Of a stretch of DNA of 64,000 nucleotides, positions 22,215-35,333 are shown piece by piece. The notes beneath the pieces were generated by a model, which saw only the letters and a program-made list of their open reading frames with translations, was not told the origin of the DNA and did no database searches. Positions within the stretch are counted from its first letter, which is position 1; each line of letters starts with the position of its first letter. The stretch spans positions 22,632,001 through 22,696,000 of the forward strand of contig CM059433.1 in NCBI GenBank assembly GCA_030390025.1, read 5' to 3'. The DNA comes from Squalus acanthias. Its lineage: Eukaryota. Position numbers and translations under genes: made by a program.

Positions 22215-24405
22215 TAATGCTGGAGGATGAGCAAGTACAAACAAAAAAGGCTGCCTGGGATGTCGGTGCCCGAGGTGGACTGCCTGCAGCCACCAATTTT
22301 CGACCAATCATAACTACAGGCCCTAGCGCAGCTACCTGGCACTGCCTCTGTAGCCTCAGGTTTAGCGGGGAGACAGTTACAAAGCTGCGCTATCTGTTTC
22401 AAAGAGACCTGCAAGCAATGCTTAACGCAGGGATATCATTGCTAGTGGCTGACAATGTGATCAAGAGCCTCAACTTTTCTGCTTCCAGCTCTTTCCAGGC
22501 TAGCGCAGGGGATACCTGCAGTATCAGGTAAATTTGCTGTATGTTGACATATTGAACAGGTGACTGATGCTTTGTTCAGGAACGGAGAGGAGTTGTATTC
22601 CATCAATGCGCAGCTGGTCAGTGACCATTAACAGTGCATCATGCAGGTCAGTGCTTGCTTCTTACGTGTGACTGCTGTAAATTTCCCCAAGATACTTCTC
22701 CTCAATATGACTTCTCACCCCTAAGCTGCAATTGAGTCCCCGTTGGTACGTGTGGTGCCAGCAAGTGGTGGCCGTGGTTCTGCTGTTGCCATTTACAGCT
22801 CCTCGAGACCCATCTTTTGTTTCTTTATTGTCCCATAACTGCCCTCCACCCTATCACTTTCCTTTTGTTCTTTCCTTCCCCACCCCACTTTTCCCTGCCT
22901 CTGTACTTGCTTATAAACTGTTAAATCAGTAACTCCTTGCAGACCTGATGAAAGGTCTCTCCACAGATGTTGCCTGACCTGCTGAGTGCTTCCCAGCGTT
23001 TTCTGTTTTTATTTTGGGTTTCAGTGGGGGCTGGTTGGGAGTCAGGTGACCTTGCACCTCCTTGCGTTGGTTTCTGAAATAACCCTGCAATTGATTCAAC
23101 CACTCCCACCGCTGCTGTGGCTGGATGGCTGGCCTGACCACTTCGACCACATCTACAGACTCTGACACAGGGGTGTTGGATGGGCTACAGGTGGTACTGG
23201 CCTGCGAGACAGCAGCCTCGGGTCCCTGCTGCTGGGCACAAAATGATTGGGTGGGCTGTGAGGTGTTGGCTTTCTTGGGACATGCAATGCTGGCTGTTCT
23301 TTCAGACCTCTGGAAAAAGAACAAAGTCATGATGATAGCTTCAAGGGACACCTTTAAGCAATTTTTGCATTGTAATATGCTGTGTATGATATATTTGTGA
23401 TTGAGTGTATGCATTGTGAATGAGTGAGTGAGTTGGAGAACAAGATGTGATAAACGCAGGCTGGTACCAGCGCTCAGCTTGGGGGAAACATTTGGCTTCA
23501 CCTTCCCTAATCCCTCGATGCTCTTGGAGTCAACTATGGCTAGAATGCCTTCCTCAAAGGGATTCAAGGGGCGCGATCTTGCCAGCCCTGGGGAGGCGGG
23601 TATGGAGGCGGGACTGCCGGGAAAATGGCAGATTTTGGGGGGGGGTGCCCAACCTGCCCCCAACCCGCTTCCATGCCATCTTGCCAGGAGGCGTGTAGCC
23701 GTTCTGCGTCGGGTCCCGTCTCCTTGGAGGCGGGAAGGGATTAAAGCCTATTAACTGTCTGTTAACAGGTAGTTAATAGGCAGAAAATAGGATTATCCCC
23801 TTTTTGCCCTCACAAGTGCGGGCTTCCCGAGGGCTCTGAAACCCGCCAGGTCAGCGAGGTGAGTAGTGGGTCTGCAGGGGTCGGAGGGGTGCAAAAGTGT
23901 GCTGTGAAGGTCAGTGATGGGTGCAAGTTTGGAGAGGTGAGTATGTAAGGTAAGTGGAAAGTGTTAGTGAAAGTGTACTTACCTTTGTTTCTTCCTGCAG
24001 GCTTCAGTCGGTGTGTATGCGGAGAGTCTCGGACCTCCGCGGCAGAGATGACAGATGCCTGTTGCATTCTCCAATGCAGCAACCATCTCATTTCTGCAAA
24101 AGAAAGAAGTTTGATGAGTCTTAAATTCAAGACCTCATCAAACTACATAGAATGTCAGTGTTTGACAGCTTCACAGAGCTGTCAAGCGATGACAATTCAT
24201 CTGTCAAAATTTTTTTCAACAGATGAAACGTCATACGTTGACGTTCTCTGCAACCGGCTTTCCCTTAATTGGCCTGCTAAGCCCGCTGGGCGGGCTTAAC
24301 AAGGTCAATCAAGGGAAAATAGCGTGGGTTGGCCAGAAGTTGATGGAGGCTGGACTAAAACCCGACAATTGGAAGTCCCGCCTCCAAAAGCTCCCCATTG
24401 AGAAA
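22215..24405. mobile_element. Decayed Harbinger element (transposase remnant on +, Myb-gene remnant on -) with nested pieces
   Basis: SLNFSASSSFQASAGDTCSI at about 22465-22530 and INAQLVSDH at about 22600 match transposase motifs; minus-strand intron-like sites at about 23310 and 23982. Confidence 0.6.
22760..23022 (+). mobile_element. Penelope-like terminal repeat remnant
   Basis: ctgatgaaaggtc...tctccacagatgttgcctgacctgctgagt...ttttctgtttttatt resembles a PLE terminus; only the 5' half of a hammerhead core remains. Confidence 0.55.
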
Positions 24406-25258
24406 ATCACGCTGTATGATTTGTAGTTTTTAGGTTGTGTTACAAGGATTTATTGCATGTAGCCCCTTTAAGCTTTCTGTGTGACAACACTGTTAGTTTT
24501 AAGTTCAGCTCGTATTTGTGCCACACTGCACTATTTCCGTGCATGGTTAGCATTCACTAGTCTGTTTATCTTCTGCTGGATTCCACAGGATAAGAATGCG
24601 TTGGCTAGGGCAGCGGTATGTCAATTACATGTTATCAGGTTGTCATCGTGGACAGCGATAGACAAACTATCATCGCATGTTATCAGGCAACATTTTGTAT
24701 CATGTTACTTCCAGCAGTTACTTAGCATAGGAAGCTGTTCTGTAGCTTTGACTGAGCACCTTTCTTCAGATCTGCTGTCTTCTTTAGGATTTTGATCCTT
24801 CTCTCCTTCTTAGGCATGATCCAGAGTGTCTGGGTCATACAGACAGTGTTGACCCCTGTCTGCTAACTCTTGCTAAGCTTGCTGGAGCAGTTATTTCTTG
24901 AACCAGTAACTCCAGTATTGCATTATCAAATATGGCAGTTCGAGGATCCTCCATTTTACATAGAACATAAGAAATAAGAGCTGGAGTTGGCCAATCGGCC
25001 CAATGAGCCTGCTCCACCATTCAATAAGATCATGGCTGATCTTCTAACTCAAATCCACTTTTCTGCACTATCCCCATATCCCTTGATTCCCTTAATATCC
25101 AAAAATCTATCGATCTCTGTCTTGAATATGGTTTGACACGTTGGACCCCCTGGGACACATCTCATTGTCTTTGCTGTGCTCTTTGTTGTAGCGAATAATG
25201 TGAATAGATTTTGTCTGGGTTTAAATTGTGAATTCTGGGAGATTCTCTCATTGCTAAC

Positions 25259-25296
25259 TTACCTGACGAAGGAGCGACAGCTCCGAAAGCTTGTAA
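25259..25296 (+). ncRNA. Minimal type I hammerhead ribozyme, copy 1
   Basis: TTAC-CTGACGA-A-GGAGC-gaca-GCTCC-GAAA-GCT-T-GTAA: stem I TTAC/GTAA, stem II of 5 bp, palindromic AGCT in place of stem III; cleavage triplet CUU. Confidence 0.75.
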
Positions 25297-25701
25297 AATT
25301 AAATAAATCTGTTGGACTATAACCTGGTGTTGTGCGACTTCTCATTTTTGAATATACTCGACACACGACAACGCAAAATCATCGAGCAGAAACTGATAGC
25401 CAAGTTCCGCACCCATGAGGACGGCCTCAATAGGGATCTCGGGTTCATGTCACGCTACAGAACGTGACGCGACATCGTTGTCTGTCTTTCCAGTTTAAAA
25501 AAAACACACACAAAAAAAAAAGTTAGGAGCTCAACTGCAGACGGCAGCATTTGACACGTTGGACCCCCTGTGACCCACCTCATTGTCTTGGCTGTGCTCT
25601 GATGTGTCTTTGATGTAGTGCCTTCCTGACGGATTGTATCTCTGCAGACAAGTCGCTCTCTGTGTATATATACTGTGTATTAGATTCCCTCACTGTACCT
25701 C

Positions 25702-25737
25702 TACCTGACGAAGGGGCAGCAGCTCCGAAAGCTCGTA
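25702..25737 (+). ncRNA. Minimal type I hammerhead ribozyme, copy 2
   Basis: TAC-CTGACGA-A-GGGGC-agca-GCTCC-GAAA-GCT-C-GTA: stem I TAC/GTA, stem II with one G-U pair, cleavage triplet CUC. Confidence 0.8.
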
Positions 25738-26280
25738 ATTTTAAATAAAACTGTTGGACTATAACCTGGTGTTGTGCGACTTCTCATTTTTGTCCACCTC
25801 AGTCCAACACCGGCATCTCCGCATCTTGAATATACTCAACAACGGAGCATTCACGGCCCTCTGGGGTAGAAAATTCCAAAGATTCACAACCCTTTGAGTG
25901 AAGAAATTTCTCCTCATCTCAGTCTTAAACGGCTGACCCCCTGATTGTGAGACTGTGACCCCTGGTGCTAATGTAGCAGCACAAGTCCCTTCCCTGCTTA
26001 AGTCATTTAAATGATTAAATTAGGAATATTGGCAGTTAACAACCAGGCAAGTTTACTCCAAAAAAACACTTTGAAATGCAAAGAGAAGCCTTGATTTACA
26101 GACCCATGGTAACTCCTAGGGGGAAAATTCGGTTGATTAGCACCTCCCGTTGAGGGCACTAACAGGAGAGAGAGAGACCTCTGGAGAGATTCAACGCTGT
26201 GTGAAGGAGTTTTGGGTACTGAGCAGCACTTTGCAGGTTCATTTTGATTTGACCTCCCTTGCATCGATTTAGAAGAGACC

Positions 26281-27445
26281 ATGGGGGCTGCACTGAATCT
26301 GGGTGTCGTCCTGCACCTGCAGAATCGGAGGCAGCAGAGACGCAGAGAGAGATTGGCAAACATGGCCAGAGGGAGGAGGGCCAACAGGCCTCTGCACAGG
26401 AGACCTTACCCTCCCAGGGTCTTCCGGTAGCAATTCTCCTACATTCATTTGTCTGAAGAGCAGTGTTTGCGCAGGCTGTGCTTCAGCAAGGAGGTGGTCA
26501 CTGAGCTCTGCCACCTGCTGCAACCAGATCTGCAGCCTCTACTGAGGACCAGGACGTCTCTGTCGGTGGCAGTGAGCTGACAGTGGCTCTGAATTTTTAT
26601 GCCAGCGGCTCCTTTCAAGCATCTACTGGGGACATCGCCAATATCTCCCAGTTCGCTGTCCATTGCTGTATCCGGGAGGTGACAAATGCCCTGTATAAAA
26701 GGAGACACCAGTACATCTCTTTCCCCATGACCCGGGCCAAACAGCATGAACGCGCATGTGGCTTTGCTAGGATAGCGGGCTTCCCCATGGTGCAGGGCGC
26801 CATTGACTGCACGCATGTGGCATTGCGGGCACCGCATGAAAATGCAGAGGTTTTCTGAAACCGCAAGGGCTACCACTCCTTAAATGTGCAGTTGGTCTGT
26901 GACCACAGACAGCTCATACTCACCGTCAATGCCCGCTATCCTGGCAGCAGCCACGATGCTTTCATCCTGTGCCAGACTGGTGTGCCAGACCTTTTCCAGG
27001 CACCGCATCACCCAAGTGGTTGGCTCCTCGGGGACAAGGGTTACCCACTCTGCACCTGGCTGATGACACCGCTCCGTAACCCCAACACCCCTGCCGAGCT
27101 GCGGTATAATGAGAGCCATATCGCCACCAAGAACATAATTGAGCAGACGATCGGTGTGCTGAAGCAACGGTTCCGCTGTCTGAACCACTCAGGAGGAGCC
27201 CTGCAGTACTCTCCTGAGTGAGTCTCCCTCTTCATAGTTGTATGCTGCATGCTTCACATCCTGGCAATCCTGAGGACCCAGCCAATGCCACCAGTGATTG
27301 GTGCACCACCGGAGGAGGAGGAGGAAGAGGAGGAGGAAGATGAGGAGGAGGATGATCAGCAGCAGCACTAAGGTGGGAGGGAGGCCCACAATGTTGCCAC
27401 TGCAAGGGCTGTCCGTCAACGGCTGATAACATGCCGCTTCGAGTC
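26281..27445 (+). pseudogene. Harbinger transposase, disrupted
   Basis: MGAALN start; GAIDCTH, LLGDKGY and [15 protein letters not shown] lie in broken ORFs; stops at about 26428, 26856 and 27219, plus frameshifts. Confidence 0.93.
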
Positions 27446-27755
27446 CCCTACTCAGAAGATGGCTTCTGGCATGGAGAACAACATCATGGAAAGCAACCCT
27501 CAACCCCTATAGCCGGCCAAAGCTGCAATGATTCCAAAGGCCAAACATGTAAATTTTGAATAGAACAACTTTTTTATTTAACAAACTTTGTGTGTGTCAT
27601 TTATTCAGGACAAACAATTAGAAACAAACACAACAAATCATGAATTAACAGAACTGGTTCTCACAAGCTGGAGAAAAACAGCAAAACAGTAAACAAAATT
27701 AATCAGATGAACCTCGAACTTTCCTACAAACATTCCCACTATTTATTTAGACCTC

Positions 27756-30700
27756 CTACTGTTTGCCCTTCGAGGGTGATCTCCATCCCCTGCGCACTTA
27801 CCCCCTTCCCACCCTACTGCTCCTCCATAATAGATAAGGGAGAACCAGTGGATGTGGTGTATTTGGATTTTCAGAAGGCCTTTGATAAAGTCCCACGTAA
27901 GAGGTTAGTGTGCAAAATTAAAGCACATAGGATTGGGGGTAATATACTGGCATGGATTGAAAATTGGTTAACAGACAGGAAACAGAGAGTAGGAATAAAT
28001 GGGTCTTTTTCGGGGTGGCAGGTGGTGACTAGTGAGGTACCGCAGGGATCAGTGCTTGGGCCCCAGCTATTCACGATATATATCAATGATTTGGATGAGG
28101 GAACCAAATGTAATATTTCCAAGTTTGCTGACGACATGAAACTAGGTGGGATTGTGAGTTGTGAGGAGGATGCAAAGAGGCTTCAAGGCAATTTAGACAA
28201 GTTGAGTGAGTGGGCAAATACATGGCAGATGCAGTATAACGTGAATAAATGTGAAGTTATCCACTTCGGTAGGAAAAACAGAAAGGTAGAGTATTATTTA
28301 AATGGTGCTAGATTGGGAAATGCTGATGTACAAAGGGACCTGGGTGTCCTTGTACAACAGTCACTGAAAGCAAACATGCAGGTGCAGCAAGCAGTTAGGA
28401 AGGCAAATGGTATGTTGGCCTTCATTGCAAGAGGATTTGAGTACAGGAGCAAGGATGTCTTACTACAGTTGTACAGGGCCTTGGTGAGATCACACCTGGA
28501 GTACTTTGTGCAGTTTTGGTCTCCTTACCTAAGAAAGGATATACTTGACATAGATGGAGTGCAGCGAAGGTTCACCAGACTGATTCCTGGGATGGCAGGA
28601 CTGTCGTATGAGGAGAGATTGGGTCGACTAGGCCTGTATTCACTAGAGTTTAGAAGAATGGGAGGGGATCTCATTGAAACGTATAAAATTCTGACAGGGC
28701 TAGACAGACTGGATGCAGAGAGGATGTTTCCCCTGGCTGGGGGGTCTAGAACGAGGGGTCACAGTTTCAGGATATGGGATAGGACATTTAGGACTGAGAT
28801 GAGGACAAATTTCTTCACTCAGAGGGTGGTGAACCTGTGGAATTCTCTACCACAGAAGGCTGTGGAAGCCAAGTCACTGAATATATTTAAGAAGGAGATA
28901 GATAGATTTCTAGACACAAAAGGCATTGAGGGGTATGGGGAGAGAGCGGGAATATGGTATTGAGATAGAGGATCAGCCATGATCATATTGAATGGCGGAG
29001 CAGGCTCGAATTTTTCTATGTTTCTATGTACAGTAATGGGGCCCCAGTGGATGCAGCAAGGCTGGTGGAAGCTTGCTGAATGTCAGATGCAGAGACTTCA
29101 GATTCCCTTGAAGGATGCACTCGACCAGCTCTGGGCCTGGAGGCCCCGGCTGCAGACTGCACCAACTCTGCATGGGCGGCAGCAGTCTGGGCTGGCTGTG
29201 TTGCAGGCGGTGTCAAGTGCAATGGGGAAGTGACAGTGGTGGGAGCAGGAATGCTGTCATCCTGAGAGAGGACAGCACCTTCCTGCTCGACCGACACACT
29301 GGCACTCTCACGGGGCAGTACCTCAGCATCTGGAGCAATCTGCTCGAGCACAGATTGTTGGCCTGCTGTGGCACCGTGAGAGCCCCGGGACAATGTGGCC
29401 GAAGCAGTGATGATGGCAACAGTCAGTGCTTGCGTTACATCAATCTGAGACTGCATGAGAGCAGTCTGAGATTGGATAGCAGCAGCCAGTGACTGAATTG
29501 CAGCACTAAGCCGTTGTGTTGCATCGGCCTGTGCTGCAGCGGAGTGCTCCACACGCCTTGCCAGTCCATCAATGCATTCGGGCACACTTGCCATTGCACC
29601 CATGAGCTCAGTGTGCATGTTCAAGGCCTGGCTATTCATTTCCGCGATGACGCGCTCCTCCTCTGCGTCCAGTGCAGCAGGACTCGCTTTCCTACTCGCC
29701 CTCCGGGGAGATGACCCCCGAGCTTCCCTACCCCCATGGCGTTGCTGCAGCCCGCTGGGTCCCGGAGCTTCGTCCTCATCAGACCCCAACCCCTGCTCCC
29801 CTTCAGGGAAGGCGTTGTCCCAGTGTGGGCATGGGCTCCCTCGGGAGATGCAGGGGCTGAGGCTCCGGCTTCCTCTTCCTCCTCGCCTGGGGCGTCGCTC
29901 CCACTGCTTGGTTGAGGGAGAGGCTGCTCAGCTGGTAGTTCACCATCTGAAAGCAGGGAGGTACAAGAGTGGCTTTAGCATCAGGACAGGGGGAGTAAGG
30001 GAACAAGGACTGGAGACATTTAGTAAGTTGGATTGAAAGTGTAAAAGGCTGGTGTTGTGAGGGGCAAGTGGAATGAGAGAGGAGAGAAAGCTGATGAACT
30101 TACCATTGCTGTCCCCAAGCGGGTCGACCTCTCCAGCGGCCACGGCACCTATCACCTGGCTGGCAACGATCCTGTGCATGCGCGCCTCCAAATCGCTGAG
30201 GGTCTGCAGCTCAGCCGGCCCTCCACCCGTCCGTTGCTGCTGACGCCTATTGTGAGAGAGCTTGGCCTGCAAGAAAAAGACGGCGTCTGAGTAAATGTGC
30301 AGCCATGTGCTTGCCTGATGGGCCTCCCATAGTGGAATAGCCCTTAATGTATGCAGCCATGTGCTTGCCTGATGTGCCTCCCATAGTTGAATAGCCCTTA
30401 ATTTATGCAATGTGTGGAATATGCGTATGTGTTTTATGAGATGGTCGTAGGTCTTGGATGAGTGTTGGGCATTTAGGGTTGTTAAACCCTCTGGGCACAG
30501 AGTGAAGTTGAGATGGAGGGATGTAGAGGTACTGAAAAGCAGTCACTCACCCTGATCTCCCGAGTGAGGTCGTTGAACTTCTTCCGACATTGGGTGTGGG
30601 TCCTGGGCACCATGCTCCAAGAAGAGACGTGCTGAGCCATCCCGCCTCCACACTCTTCTACATTCGCGTGGCAATGGCCTCCTGCCACCCTGTGGGTAGA

Positions 30701-30788
30701 GTACTGACCTTTGGCGCTCCACTGTGCCAACCAGAGCCACCAAGGCCCGGTCGCTGAAGCGCTGAGCTCGTTCCCTGGGCCTCTCCAT
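27756..30788 (-). pseudogene. Harbinger Myb/SANT-like gene, 3 exons, disrupted, last exon split by CR1
   Basis: MERPRERAQRFSDRALVALV...RTHTQCRKKFNDL; splice sites at the same positions as in copy 1; ORF 29016-29789 matches ORF 10577-11299. Confidence 0.9.
27828..29027 (+). mobile_element. 5'-truncated CR1 with an open RT C-terminal half
   Basis: YLDFQKAFDKV...KFADD...RVVNLWNSLP runs uninterrupted to the stop at 28963; tail ttctatgtttctatg; taat duplicated at the flanks. Confidence 0.95.
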
Positions 30789-31399
30789 TCTTCTTTCCAG
30801 CAGAATTCAAGTTCAGGTCTGTCCAGGCCAAGATTCAAGGCTGCAATGAGCAGGGTGTGGCTGGAGAGCAAGATCGACCCTCCCCTTTAAGAACTGGCCG
30901 GCGCCAGTGTGTCTGTGTTCCATTGCTAACTGACATCACCTGAGCTTCGCCAGCGCTCTGAGGTAGCGCCTCGCTCCTCGGCGTTAGCGCCTTAAGAGAG
31001 GTGTGTAGCGCCTGATTTAGTGCTCAAATCACCTCCAGGGGCAATAGAGGCCAAGTTTGCAGTCGGAGGCGATAATCTGCGCCAGGCGCTAAACTTTGCA
31101 CCCGGCCGATAATTGCGCCCCAAACGGGGCGATACCGAATTTCTCCCCCCTAGGCTCTTACATACATTTTACAAGACTGGTGCTTTCTTTTGGGTAATTC
31201 ACAAACATATGGTTGTCTTTTCAAAATTGTTGTTCGATAATTAAAAAAAAACATTTTTTAACAATTGTTTATTTTGTACAAATATCTTTTGAAAATATTT
31301 TACTTCATGATGGCATTCTTGTGTACTGCACTCATTATTTTCTTTATTATTTAACATCTCATCTGACTAGTATTTTCCACAAGGTAGATCATAGAATCA

Positions 31400-33080
31400 T
31401 AGGGGGTGGGTAGTTAAAATAACTGATTTTGATATCGCGACCGCAATCCAGCTCCAATGCGCCCACTTCTGGGTTTGCGAAGGTTCGCCCAGTGTGAAAC
31501 ATAACAAATCCTTCGCTTCGCTCCCACCACCAGGACCACCCCCCCAACCCCGCCTCCCTTTTGCACTGTGCAATCCTTCACCTGCTCATCTACCCATTGC
31601 ACATGCGCCCAATAGGTCCCCTCATGTATTGACATTCATCATGAAACAAGTGAAAGGGCGAGTTGGCACTCGGGACGTAATAATGGGCAAGACATGGAAG
31701 TGATGCTAATCAATACATTTTATGTGGCTTTATTAAAAAAAGGAAACTTAGCAACTTAACATTTTGTCAAACAGCCATTTGCATACGCTTGCTGAATTAC
31801 AATTTTTTAAACTTACACTTCCTACCACTTCGACGTGATGCATCCCCTGTGGTTTAAGCAGAGAAAAAAGGCAGGCTGCTCAGATCTCTGTTCTGACGGC
31901 TGAGATGCTTTTGGCCTACTCCCTCTGGGTTTTGGAGCCCCTGAGGGCCCCGCCAAAGACTGCTCCACCTGAACCTGTGCAGGGGCAGACTTGGCCATCG
32001 GGAGATGAGGCAGTATGTCGGGTACTGACTGAGAGGGGGGAGGGCAACGGGTGTAAAGTGGGAGCGCTTTGAGTGGAGTTCCCACTTCCATGTCCCCTTT
32101 CGCCATCATCCCTCTCCTGGGCCAGCGCCACATCACTCCTACCACTTTGCTGCAGACCAGCTTGGTGGAGATCCGTGATGCATTATAAGACCACGGATAA
32201 GGTATCTGTCATCCTGTTTAAGGCGGCAGACAAGTTGGCATCCAAAGTCTGCATGGCCGTGGTCATGGCTTGCATGGACTCATTTGAGAGCCGTGCTTGA
32301 AGCTCCATGGAGGTGGCCACTCTCTCCATGGCAGACATTCTTGTAATTCCCTGCTCCACCAATCCACTAGCGATCAAGTTGGAGTCCTCCATCCTCTCTG
32401 CTAATGTGGAGAGTGTGCATGGCACGTCTATCAGGACCTGGCTAATTTGCTGATGCACCTCTAGCATTCTCCTTCTCAAAGATAGCCTCTGGGGTTCAGC
32501 ACCTGTGTCCAGCTGAGCAGAGCTTGGAGAGGATTGCACTCCTCGTCACGGACTCTCCACACCTGTCCCTGCCACCAGTGTCTGCTCATGTTCACTTGCG
32601 AGGTGTGAATCACCAGGTGACAACCCAACTAATTGTCTTAGTGGACCCATCGAAGTGCGAGTATTTGCGTTGGTGCATGGCTGTACATCCTGTGATGGTG
32701 CACCCTGTGAAGGAAGAGTATCTCTCTCCGGCTCCTCACAGCACCCAACAGTACATCAAAGGCGGCATCATTGAAGCGGGGTGCAGTCTTTGAGTGTCCA
32801 GAATCCATTGTCACAACTTGTCTTCTCTTGCTTCCAAATTCAAACTACTCCAAATTCCATCTTTGGATTAGCCCATTAAATACTGGAGCTGAGATTGTGT
32901 CATGCGGGTACTCATCACGCCCGCTGCCGCGCAATAGACGCCAAACCCGGAAGTAAAATGATAATGAGCTGGCTGCGTTAAAATGCCACTGACAGACGCA
33001 CTGAACTTACTTCCGGGTTTCCCCACACGATTTCAGTCCCCCCTCCGCTCCCAACGTGCCTCTGAGTTAATAGTGGGACC
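31400..33080 (-). mobile_element. Harbinger-derived relic retaining the Myb-gene C-terminal exon
   Basis: ORFs 32183-32539 and 31822-32145 resemble the helical and Pro/Ser tail of ORF 10577-11299; the region also encodes EQSLAGPSGAPKPRG. Confidence 0.65.
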
Positions 33081-35169
33081 AATCTTTCAGAAGGCAACTG
33101 TTTAATATTTTCAACAAAATGATATACAGATTGTTATTGGCTTTCGCTTTTAAAAATGTTTTTATGATGCATGCGGTGTTTTTGCTCATCATGGTTAACG
33201 ACAAAAGTACACTGGAATGATTTTTTTTCCGGTTAGTAATCAATGACAGAGTTAAATGTCTGATAAAGTATGGGACTCTCCTTTACTGCCAGGTCAGCGG
33301 TTCACGGCCAACTTCAAAAGTGCACTTCTGTGTATCATTGTTTCATTTTCTACTGCTCTGTGTGTGCAAGACGCTCAAATGAGTGGCAATTAGTGCTGAA
33401 TCTGGGTCAGTTTTATGCTGTTCGCTCTTGCTGACTGTGATATAAAATAAGACTACAAATGCGTCTTTCCCTACCTTTCAACGAAAATGATTTAAAAAAA
33501 TACTTTCATAAACCCCAGCCTTTATTTTTTTTAAAAATTCTACGTGAAGACATTGTAATCATGCCAATAACCGACTTTGAAAGTCCCTTTGATTTAAATT
33601 CCATCGGATATTTTTCATGCACAATAAATACAGGAAAATTGCAGCATATCTATTAGTATTTACAGGCAACCTCCAAATCACATCTAAATGTCAATTGGGT
33701 AAATTTGGATTTATCTAACGTTTCAAAATTTGTTCAGTATACACCAATTAAGAATTCTGATGCTACCCTGATGTATTGAGGTAGGTACAATAACGGATGT
33801 CACAACGGATTTAACTGTGTCATTAAGAAACTTGAATACAAAATTCAGAAATTTAAAAAAGACTGGTGAATATTTGAAGTTCACATTTGGATTTCTCTGA
33901 AATTGTCTAATCTAATAATAACTTGGTACATAAGACCAAGCTTTTGAAATGAAAAGATATTCTGATAGAAAATTTGTTTTTACATTTCACACAAAACTTT
34001 ATGCATTAAAGACATAATGGTCACAGTCGTTGACAGATGAATGTTTGCTAAAGATAAGAAGATGCTGAAAAATGTGACCTTTAAATGAATAAGAGGCGCT
34101 CCCATGCCAAGACTGTATTTCTTATAAGTTGATGAATAACAGATAAACATCACAGTGTTAAGAAAAGTGCTGTTAGTTATGAAGGGAGAAATTTTAGCTT
34201 CATATTGATAAACGCTTTATCGTTATGGTGCAATGATTAGGTTCTAAGGCTCAAAAGGCACTTCATCATTATTCCAAGTGTGTATGAGTAGTGCAGCAAA
34301 TGTCCCCAATGAGAACGTCTTTGCAGCTTTCAATGTGCTGCGGCATGAAATACTTCCTGTATTAGCTCACCTGATGGGGCAAAATGAGGATGAAGTGTGA
34401 AATACCAGGAGTATATTTTTTTACTTGCTATAATAGTCGCTGAATGCAAAACCTTCCTCTGTTTTGCACAGAGATACCTCAAAAGGAGGATTTTTTTCTT
34501 CTTGTTTCTTAACTCATACTCTTGCAGAGGTAGTTCAGGCCAGAATAGATGAAGTTAATGGGATTTCCCCAAAGGACTCAGTCATATTCTTCGGCTTGAC
34601 ACGATGCTCTAAAGAATGCTGATGAATTTTCTCTATTACACTTCAGCTTTGAGAATGCTTCCACCTGTCCATTTCATTTGGAATCATTCATTTGATAAAC
34701 ATTACAGTTCTTCAAGGTTTCCAAAGCTCAACCCATTCATTTAAATTGTGAGAAGATCAATTTGCAACTTGATACGTCACACATGCTCAGTTGTGAAGGC
34801 AAAGGGCCTTAAAAGGTATTTTAGACTCGTTATTGACTACATTAAAATAGTGGACTAAAGAATTTAATAAAAACACATTAGTGTTTGTACATTAAACTTC
34901 CCACAGTATAATTTCAAGGCTCAAAAAATAGTAACAATAAAACAATCCCTGGAAAAGCATTTGATCATTCAGGTTGGTACTTTAATCCTCATCATATTTT
35001 TCCGAACTTTTCTCTGCTCTTGTGGTTAAATTTAAAAAGGTTGCTGCAATTGCACCACTTTGCAATCAGATATTCTAAAGTTGGAGAATCATATCTGCTC
35101 ATCTTAACTAAATATTAGGGGGGCTAAATTAGGCGGTGTAACGCCGTTTTTTAGGTGTTTTGCGGCCAC

Positions 35170-35333
35170 CTAATGAGTTAGATATATTTCTTAAAGCTAA
35201 AGGTATCAAGGGATATGGGGAGAAGGCAGGTACAGGGTACTGAGTTTGGATGATCAGCCATGATCTCATCGAATGGCGGAGCAGGCTCGAGGGGCCAAAT
35301 GGCCTACTCCTGCTCCTATCTTCTATGTTTCTA
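35170..35333 (+). mobile_element. CR1 3' end fragment nested in the Harbinger
   Basis: Matches 1900-2060 including the tail. Confidence 0.88.

Larger units (their letters stand above)
25129..25823 (+). mobile_element. Tandem Penelope-like insertion: two terminal repeats flanking the 3' end of a GIY-YIG ORF
   Basis: 25363-25460 encodes TRQRKIIEQKLIAKFRTHEDGLNRDLGFMSRY (PLE endonuclease C-terminus). Repeat blocks tttgacacgttggaccccctg and cctgacgaagg...ctcattttt each occur twice. Confidence 0.88.
24958..25970 (-). mobile_element. CR1 3' fragment interrupted by Penelope insertions
   Basis: Antisense tail catagaacataagaaa; the CR1 sequence resumes at about 25824 with tcttgaatatactc. Confidence 0.88.
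26119..31149. mobile_element. Second Harbinger element, a diverged sister of 9123-13281 in opposite orientation, with a CR1 insertion
   Basis: TIRs GGGGGAAAATTCGG and GGGGGAGAAATTCGG (reverse complement); TSD CTA at 26116-26118 and 31150-31152 (TAG is an alternative register); colinear with copy 1 but lacks most of the transposase-side subterminal region. Confidence 0.93.

Noticed and set aside
22945..22960. Third hammerhead ribozyme (ctgatgaaaggtc)
   Set aside because: The 3' side of stem II and the GAAA are missing, so the core cannot form.
22926..23663. 245-aa minus-strand ORF as a gene
   Set aside because: It reads across a nested insert, Harbinger exon and intron remnants and a Penelope terminus, so it is a chance patchwork.
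27707..28963. 418-aa ORF as a novel Harbinger-CR1 fusion gene
   Set aside because: The first 40 or so codons are antisense Myb-gene tail that happens to be in frame with a 5'-truncated CR1. The upstream transposase is dead and nothing suggests selection.
34285..34400. Plus-strand small ORF MSSAANVPNENVFAAFNVLRHEILPVLAHLMGQNEDEV
   Set aside because: Only 38 codons, with no recognisable homology or supporting gene structure.
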